Source of the DNA: Promethearchaeia archaeon
GTDB taxonomy: Archaea; Asgardarchaeota; Lokiarchaeia; Sigyniarchaeales; SOKP01
Direction of reading: 5' to 3'
Length of the DNA: 37,499 nt
Assembly: GCA_029856445.1 (NCBI GenBank)
Contig: JAHQWY010000002.1
Span: 1-37,499, forward strand
This document shows positions 28,396 to 35,060 of this stretch, in pieces. Below the pieces are notes generated by a model. That model was not told the origin of the DNA. It saw nothing but the letters and a program-made list of their open reading frames with translations, and searched no databases. Each line of letters starts with the position of its first letter. Position 1 is the first letter of the stretch. A program made the translations under genes and the position numbers.

Positions 28396-28499
28396 CGGGC
28401 TATAGGGGAATTGAACCCCTGACCTTCCTTTTCATGAGAGGATCCCTCATAAAGTTCAGGTTAAAAGCCTGTTGCGCTACCTGCCTGCGCCAATAGCCC
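28396..28499 (-). tRNA. tRNA-Lys (anticodon UUU) with an intron of about 30 nt, apparently 3' of the anticodon arm
   Basis: Minus-strand fold: acceptor GGGCTAT/ATAGCCC, D-stem GCGC/GCGC, anticodon arm ACAGG-CTTTTAA-CCTGA (anticodon at 28465-28463), variable loop AGGTC, T-arm AGGGG-TTCAATT-CCCCT, discriminator G. About 30 extra nt (roughly 28426-28455) contain the hairpin ATGAGGG/CCTCTCAT. No encoded CCA. Confidence 0.8.
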
Positions 28500-28629
28500 T
28501 TCTTAAATCTATTACTTTACAAATAGGTAAAGATAGTATTTGCAATAAATCAATTATAATATAAAAATTTTATTTTATAGAGTGTCTCTTCTTTCATTTT
28601 TAAATAATTTTTAATAAACCAATCATCTT

Positions 28630-29655
28630 TTAAGCTGGTTTACTGAAATGCTCAAACCCATAGGCCTTTAATTCACTTCTTTTATTTTCTTCTAAGATAT
28701 ATATATATTCACCAGATATCACCTTGCCAACTCTGAAAAGTTTTCCACCTCTTGTTTGTATTTCTTTTTTAGCCTTGGAAAAATTTCTTTCGGCTATAGT
28801 AAATAAATGAATGAATTCTTCACCCCCATTAAATACCAGATTTACTAACGGAATATTATACTCTTGAGAATATTTTAAAGCTTCTTGGTCAATTAAATTA
28901 TCATTAAAAGCAATTTCAAAGCCTAAATTTGGATTTGATAATATTAAATCGTGTAAAGACTTAGATAGCCCGTCGGATGAATCAATACTTGAAGTTGCGA
29001 GCTTTTTTTCCGATAATATTAACGCTTCATTTCCAGAGATATTAGGTTCTAAGACACTCATTATTGATCTTCTATAATCTGGAAAACTTTCAAGATCCCC
29101 ATTCCTATTTAAGAGAATATCAAATCCCACTCCAGTTAATCCAAATTTATTATTCACTACCAAAATATCATCAAGATGTAATCCATTTCGAAAAATTATA
29201 TCTGAGGGATTTTTAAATCCAAATACTGTGGGATTTATTATTAATTCTTTAGTTTCATTGATATCTCCCCCAATATATCTAAGATTAAATTTTACAGAGC
29301 AATCGATTATTCCATTAATAATATCAATGAATTCTTCTTTTTTTAGTTCTTTTGGTAAGCCTAAGGATATGATCATTCCCCTAGGTTCAACACCTTTAAC
29401 TATTAAATCACTGATATTCATTATAACTGATTTTTTTCCAGTTTGATAAAAATTCATTAGAGGTGGAATATCAGTTGTGAAAACTAGCATATCTGAATTC
29501 AAAACCAATTTATCATCCACATTTCTGCTTTTAGGATTGAAAAAAAAAGAATCATCTCTTAATAAAACTTTTCCAGTTTTCTTTAATATCAAATCTTCAA
29601 TAAGTTTTATTAATTTATTTTCACCGAGATTTCCTATCCGAAGATCCTTATTCAT
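28630..29655 (-). CDS. thiL: Thiamine-monophosphate kinase (PurM/AIR synthase-like fold)
   Basis: The N-terminal GENKLIKLIEDL...DDSFFF pattern and the internal ISLGLP / GGDINE segments are typical of ThiL. Confidence 0.7.
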   Translation of the reverse strand: MNKDLRIGNLGENKLIKLIEDLILKKTGKVLLRDDSFFFNPKSRNVDDKLVLNSDMLVFTTDIPPLMNFYQTGKKSVIMNISDLIVKGVEPRGMIISLGLPKELKKEEFIDIINGIIDCSVKFNLRYIGGDINETKELIINPTVFGFKNPSDIIFRNGLHLDDILVVNNKFGLTGVGFDILLNRNGDLESFPDYRRSIMSVLEPNISGNEALILSEKKLATSSIDSSDGLSKSLHDLILSNPNLGFEIAFNDNLIDQEALKYSQEYNIPLVNLVFNGGEEFIHLFTIAERNFSKAKKEIQTRGGKLFRVGKVISGEYIYILEENKRSELKAYGFEHFSKPA

Positions 29656-29722
29656 TAGATAAAATTTAAAATTTTTTAACTATTATAATTTTTGAATAGA
29701 TTCATATTTTTAATATATTTTT

Positions 29723-29812
29723 GCCTCTGTGGCTTAGTGGTATAGCATCAGATTCGTATTCAAATTTAGAAGAAATATCTGAAGGTCGGGGGTTCAATTC
29801 CCCCCAGAGGCT
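29723..29812 (+). tRNA. tRNA-Thr (anticodon CGU) with an 18-nt intron at the canonical 37/38 position
   Basis: Acceptor GCCTCTG/CAGAGGC, anticodon stem TCAGA/TCTGA, loop TTCGTA-[intron 29759-29776]-A (anticodon at 29755-29757), variable loop AGGTC, T-arm GGGGG-TTCAATT-CCCCC, discriminator T. Confidence 0.85.
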
Positions 29813-29816
29813 CTAA

Positions 29817-30830
29817 TTACACTTCCTCAGTAAAAACAAATTGCTTTATTATTTGTAAAGCAAGCATTTTGAATGCATCATTAATGTTTTCCCCTGTTTT
29901 GGCTGAGGTTTCGATATAAGAAAGATTTAACTTTTTTGCTAATGCCTCGCCTGCTTCAGTTGAAACGACCCTATCTTCTGTCAAGTCTATTTTATTTCCA
30001 ACTAAAATTAAGGAAATATTCGGTGAAACCTCTTTTATTTCATTATACCAATTTTCTAAATTATCAAGAGTATCTTTACGGGTTACGTCATAAACCAAAA
30101 TACCTGCTTCAGCATTAGATAAATAAGATTGTCTTACACGCTTAAATTGGGCTTGTCCTGCTAAATCCCAGAGAACAAAGCGGACTTTTGATTCTAAACC
30201 ATCGAAATCACATTCCTTTTTCATTATGGATGTTCCAATTGTGGATTTATAATCAGTATGAAATGAGTCTTCTACAAAACGGTGAACCATACTTGTTTTC
30301 CCTACTCCCCCCTCCCCCCCCAAAATTAGTTTGTATGCATATTCCCCTGATTTTATCTTAATTTTTTGAAGTGTATCCACTTTTCTTTCAATATTTTGAA
30401 CATCTTTGTCTGAAATAAGTTTTGGAATTACAGGACTTACTGTTCTTCCATCAAAAATTCGAGCGATCTTCTCTGCAGCTAAGTAAGCATATGGAAAGAT
30501 TGGATCGACCATAGCAATCGACTCTAATACGGTTACAAAGATGGCTTCTGGTCCTGCTTCACAAAAAATAATACGTTGTTCTTCTGTATCGAAAGTACCA
30601 GTCCCAAAAGCACCTGAACTAAATTCTTCAGTGATTCTAGTTAGAACGGGTTCTACTAAAGCACTAACACCTCCAATTACATCTTCTTTTACTTCTGCTT
30701 CTGATTCTCCTTTTAATGCAGCCATAACTAAACCTTCTCTGTTTACAATAATAGCAGCAATCAAATTTTTCCCAACTTCCTGCCTATACCATTTCAGCAT
30801 TGCTTCTAGTTTATCGCGATCAACTGACAT
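29817..30830 (-). CDS. Roadblock/LC7 domain - Ras/Rab-like small GTPase fusion protein
   Basis: The N-terminal ~135 aa resemble Roadblock/LC7/MglB (LIAAIIVNREGLVMAAL...GGVSALVEP...IIFCEAGPEAIFVTVLE). The C-terminal GTPase has G1 GGEGGVGKTS, switch I KSTIG, G3 WDLAGQ, G4 GNKIDL and G5 ETSAK. Confidence 0.85.
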   Translation of the reverse strand: MSVDRDKLEAMLKWYRQEVGKNLIAAIIVNREGLVMAALKGESEAEVKEDVIGGVSALVEPVLTRITEEFSSGAFGTGTFDTEEQRIIFCEAGPEAIFVTVLESIAMVDPIFPYAYLAAEKIARIFDGRTVSPVIPKLISDKDVQNIERKVDTLQKIKIKSGEYAYKLILGGEGGVGKTSMVHRFVEDSFHTDYKSTIGTSIMKKECDFDGLESKVRFVLWDLAGQAQFKRVRQSYLSNAEAGILVYDVTRKDTLDNLENWYNEIKEVSPNISLILVGNKIDLTEDRVVSTEAGEALAKKLNLSYIETSAKTGENINDAFKMLALQIIKQFVFTEEV

Positions 30831-31127
30831 AAAATTATAAACCTCAAGAATTTATTTTTTAATGCATTAAAAATTAACTAAAATTTAATATTTAAATAAT
30901 AGGTTTATCTTAAAAATTTATAGAAAAAGATAATCCTTCACCTTATTAATATTAAGAGATTTTGTTTAAAAAATAAATCAAATACCAAGTGAAATTCGAA
31001 CTTAGTATCTAAAATAATATTTTACTACAATGAAGGAAAAAGGTTTTAAAAATTGTATACATTATCTAAATTCAATATCGTCTATACTATTTATTCTTCG
31101 GAAAAGAAGTTAATAAATCTCTATAAA

Positions 31128-31244
31128 GCAGGAGTTGCCAAGCCTGGTCTAAGCTTAGTTTATTGAATTGAGCAAGCGATTAACGGCGCTAGACTGAGGT
31201 TCTAGTGACATAGGTCTTCGTGGGTTCGAATCCCACCTCCTGCA
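31128..31244 (+). tRNA. tRNA-Leu (anticodon GAG), class II, with an intron of about 31 nt in the D-arm region
   Basis: Acceptor GCAGGAG/CTCCTGC, D-arm GCC AAGCCTGGTCTAAG ... GGC interrupted by about 31 nt (roughly 31154-31184), anticodon arm CTAGA-CTGAGGT-TCTAG (anticodon at 31196-31198), long variable arm with GAC/GTC stem, T-arm GTGGG-TTCGAAT-CCCAC, discriminator A. Confidence 0.85.
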
Positions 31245-31312
31245 ATTTCAAACCTTAATAATACTATATTCTTCGAAGTTTATCTAATCAAGGAATATCA
31301 AAATATTATATA

Positions 31313-31356
31313 AGATCTAAAAAACATTGAAGAATTTGTTCTTAAGTTTTAGATCT
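31313..31356. repeat. 10-bp perfect inverted repeat (agatctaaaa / ttttagatct, 24-nt spacer) between convergent tRNA-Leu and polC
   Basis: Arms at 31313-31322 and 31347-31356. Located 69 nt after the tRNA end and 23 nt after the DP2 stop. It could act as a hairpin at a bidirectional termination zone. Confidence 0.5.
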
Positions 31357-31378
31357 ATCGATTTAGGAAATCAGCAAA

Positions 31379-34300
31379 CTAGAAGAAGTCCCCTAATTTA
31401 TGTTGCTTAATCTTAGGATTATTAGTTAAGCTCTCTACGTATTCTTCAATTAATTCCATTCTTTGAATAGTATAATCATCAAGATTATAATTCTTACACA
31501 ATTGTAAAGCTCTTGGAATATACTTTTCAATTCCTCCACGGTTTACAGTTAATATTATTTTATTTCCACATTTAGGACATTTCCCTGCGTTTGAAAGAGG
31601 TGGTCTTCGATATTTTGCATTGCATTTAACACATCTAAATTTCTGAACACTAAACTTTCTAAGATTTCCTATAATATCTGGATTGAAATGCGTTGCTAAA
31701 ATTTTTTCTGCAACTTTTTTTACATCTACAGCTCTAATAATTTTTCCTAAATGTAATTGAGCGTCTATTTTTTCATCCATTGATTCATATAATTTATATG
31801 CTGTAGTTTTAGGACCTTCATTAATATCATTAGTTGGAATATTAAAACCAATATCCTCGTATTGTTTCGCAGTACCTAAACGACTACTAACAAGATTCAT
31901 CATTTTTTCTATTTTTGAAGGAGAAGTGTACTTTAGTGTAGCAGTATAAAATTCTAAGGGATAACGAAAGGAAGTATCAACATTATGAGCTTCTGTCTCA
32001 ATTTCATTAGGATCTAATAATGTGCTAATAACTAATGTAGCATCCATCCTCCCTCCTATTTTACTGGGTAAATAATAGCGTGAAAAATTCAAAAGAGGAT
32101 CCATTAGAAGCATAATACCATCTTCATCTCCATCACAATTACGCCTTTTTGCATTATGCCAGAATGGATGTGCATAGATAGATCTAGCTGGAGTAAAACC
32201 AATTATTCTTCCAATTATTCCTGCGCTAGTATGTGGTGCTAATCCAACTACAAGATGACCTATTAAGTCAGTTGTGCGCTCAACGTTATAAAAACGATTC
32301 ATTTTGTAAAAATAATCTAACTCATCATCTAAGAAATTTGCGACTTTAATAAAGTATTGACCACAATCATTCGAAAGGACTACATCTTGAACTTTTAGTT
32401 CAATAATTTGATCTTCTGTTTGTAAAGGCTCACCTTTATAATCATAATCATATCCCAAATCTTTAAGGGTTTCAATATTTACACCAATTTCTTTTGGCTT
32501 GAAATGAGTTAATGGAATATCAGTGGCATCATATCTAATTTCAGCTGTCTTATATACTAAGACGTTGTTTTTTGCTCGTAATATTCCTTTTTCTAAAGGT
32601 TCAGGAATTTTAAACTGATTAGTTAATCCATAAATACCCTTTAATTTTTTTGGAAAAGGTATTTGTAAAGAACGGAATATAGAATTAACATGATTCTTAA
32701 TGTTAAAAATGGCATCGTTGGATGCCTTTAATCTTCCATTACATTGAGAACATCTTTGTTCATTTTTAGGTTCACTCGGTGGATATATTTTCTTACATTT
32801 TTCACAAATTGAGCCTAATTCTGTGTGTGTGGAACATTTTGGGCAAATATTGAATATGCTAATTGTACCACATTTCGGACATTTTTTTCTACACACATCT
32901 ATCTTCACTTTTTGAAGTTCAAGTGCTTTTTCTACTGATCTTGAGCTTCCAACTTTATCACTTAGAGGAAATAGAGCATGAACTCCTTTCATACTTTTTC
33001 TCTCAGACTTTTCTGGTCTGCCCATTCGAGATCCAATGAAATATGGTGCTTTATTATTAATTTTTATTGAAGAAATTTTGTTGAAGTATGAAAAAACATT
33101 ATCATCCTTTTCGAATTTTATTTTTTTTTTATCTTCAAGCCTAAATATTTCTGAATAGATGAGATTCATTGCTTTAGTGAAAGTAATTTTGTTTTCCTTG
33201 ACCTTATGAATAATAAAGGCTTTTTCTAATATTTTTTTTAAATTTTCATTAATATCTAAAACAATTTTTTTTTCTAAGTCTGAAAATCCCTTTATGAAGA
33301 AATTTCTCAAGGTATAAAGTTCTTTAAGTGAAAGATTCCCCCAAAAATCAGTAAAATAGGGATGCAAAGGGATCTTAAACTCCTGAGATATTTTTATTGC
33401 TTCTTCTGCTGTAGGTTTTAGAATAAAAGGATTTTCTATCAATCTTAATATTTTAGGATCAATATTTTTTTGATTTTTAACTCTTTTTTCCAAGTCTAAT
33501 GCCCACCATTCTTCAACATAACCAGAAGGGATTAATTTATGATTATTCTCAGCAAATTCCCCAAATCCAAAGAGGATATCTCCGAGAAATAAGATTGATT
33601 CCATATTTTGGAATACTTGTTTAGCCATCTTATACGAAGAAACTCTAATTACACTTCCATTTTTTAATTTTACAATAGGAGGTTCAATGGCACTAACAGG
33701 GCAAATACTTGTACTCTTTCCAGGTCTTTCAATTCTAAGTTGAGTACCAATAGCTACAAAATCATCTAAAATACCCATAGTTGCAGGGTGTATACCGCCT
33801 GCTGCCAATCCAGTGTTCCGAGATCGACCATATCTTAATCTATGACCACCAATTTCTGAGGGATCGCTAAACACAGGTCTACCAGCAATAATATCAGCAA
33901 CATATTTAGAATTTGGAGGAATAATTTCCACATCTTCCACTTTATCTATTATCTTTTCTATTTGGCTCTTTTCGGATTCTTCTTTCTGGGTAATTTTCTT
34001 CAAGTCATCTAACCAATCCCATCCTTCTAAATTCATAGCTTTTGCAATTTTCAAAAGTTTTGGGGCTTTTAATAGGATTCCGTCATTCAAAACAAGACAA
34101 GCTCCGCCCCTTATGTTATTGGTTTCGATTCTAGGTAAATCTCTAAAACCAGAAACTTCTTCAAACTCAGTTGCATCTCCATTTATTTCAACGGGTAAAT
34201 TTTTAACAGCATGTCGTATCTCGCGATTAGAAGAAGGATATTGTAAATGAACAGCTCTATCATAAAGTTTTACCTCTTCTACATATCTTCCGATTTCTGC

Positions 34301-34834
34301 CTCAGTGGCTTCATACTTTGGAATATTTGATTTCTTTCTAACATAATCAGCAATTAGTACACATAGAGCGGCTGTTGTCCCCCCTGCGGCTCTTATTGGA
34401 CCTGCAAAGTATAAAGATAAATATTGCTTACCAAATTGGTCTTTCCGTATTAAAATCTTTGAAATTCCTTCAAGTGGGGCACTTACAACTCCCATTGTCT
34501 TTATTGCTAACCCTACTCTTATAGCCCTTCCTACCCGTTCTTCTAGGGATTCAATATTTCCAACTTTTTTATCTAATATATCAGTAACTACCCTAAAAAC
34601 GATTTCATCATCATTTAAACCATTCTTCTTCAAATTTCTTATTACTTCAGCTACACCTTCTGGACCAATTAATTTTTCAACTCTACCAGCTAAATCTTTC
34701 GCTTGAGGACATTCAACATACTGTTCTGGATCCAATCCTTTACTACGTGCTTTTTCAGCTATTTCATAGCAGTGATCCACTTGATTTTGGATTGAAGCAA
34801 AGTAATCCTCAATCTCCTTATTCATTTCTACCAT
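31379..34834 (-). CDS. polC: DNA polymerase II (PolD) large catalytic subunit DP2
   Basis: An 1151-aa protein with a typical DP2 N-terminus (YFASIQNQVDHCYEIAEKARSKGLDP), cysteine-cluster zinc fingers (CPKCG...CPKC, CEKC...CSQC, CVKC...CPKCG) and conserved blocks such as NCDGDEDG. No intein-sized insertion is apparent. Confidence 0.92.
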   Translation of the reverse strand: MVEMNKEIEDYFASIQNQVDHCYEIAEKARSKGLDPEQYVECPQAKDLAGRVEKLIGPEGVAEVIRNLKKNGLNDDEIVFRVVTDILDKKVGNIESLEERVGRAIRVGLAIKTMGVVSAPLEGISKILIRKDQFGKQYLSLYFAGPIRAAGGTTAALCVLIADYVRKKSNIPKYEATEAEIGRYVEEVKLYDRAVHLQYPSSNREIRHAVKNLPVEINGDATEFEEVSGFRDLPRIETNNIRGGACLVLNDGILLKAPKLLKIAKAMNLEGWDWLDDLKKITQKEESEKSQIEKIIDKVEDVEIIPPNSKYVADIIAGRPVFSDPSEIGGHRLRYGRSRNTGLAAGGIHPATMGILDDFVAIGTQLRIERPGKSTSICPVSAIEPPIVKLKNGSVIRVSSYKMAKQVFQNMESILFLGDILFGFGEFAENNHKLIPSGYVEEWWALDLEKRVKNQKNIDPKILRLIENPFILKPTAEEAIKISQEFKIPLHPYFTDFWGNLSLKELYTLRNFFIKGFSDLEKKIVLDINENLKKILEKAFIIHKVKENKITFTKAMNLIYSEIFRLEDKKKIKFEKDDNVFSYFNKISSIKINNKAPYFIGSRMGRPEKSERKSMKGVHALFPLSDKVGSSRSVEKALELQKVKIDVCRKKCPKCGTISIFNICPKCSTHTELGSICEKCKKIYPPSEPKNEQRCSQCNGRLKASNDAIFNIKNHVNSIFRSLQIPFPKKLKGIYGLTNQFKIPEPLEKGILRAKNNVLVYKTAEIRYDATDIPLTHFKPKEIGVNIETLKDLGYDYDYKGEPLQTEDQIIELKVQDVVLSNDCGQYFIKVANFLDDELDYFYKMNRFYNVERTTDLIGHLVVGLAPHTSAGIIGRIIGFTPARSIYAHPFWHNAKRRNCDGDEDGIMLLMDPLLNFSRYYLPSKIGGRMDATLVISTLLDPNEIETEAHNVDTSFRYPLEFYTATLKYTSPSKIEKMMNLVSSRLGTAKQYEDIGFNIPTNDINEGPKTTAYKLYESMDEKIDAQLHLGKIIRAVDVKKVAEKILATHFNPDIIGNLRKFSVQKFRCVKCNAKYRRPPLSNAGKCPKCGNKIILTVNRGGIEKYIPRALQLCKNYNLDDYTIQRMELIEEYVESLTNNPKIKQHKLGDFF

Positions 34835-35060
34835 ACTTTACCATTTCTAAAAAGTTTTTATAACTGTAAAGAGAAAATTACCGATATTATTATAGGTATT
34901 TCTTACCATAAATTAAATTCATTTATTAATCAGCTATTTCATTTATAAATCTGAAGAGAATGCTAATTTATAACACCCTATTGAAATAAAAAGAAATCAT
35001 GTTTTTCCTTTAATAAAAAATGATTTAATTTTGTCAAACAATTTTTAATACAATTCAATA

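Noticed and set aside
30989-31005. gtgaaattcgaacttag looks slightly like a T-arm (TTCGAA) fragment upstream of tRNA-Leu
   Set aside because: There is no stem complementarity and only the hexamer is shared with the tRNA-Leu T-loop, which is consistent with chance.
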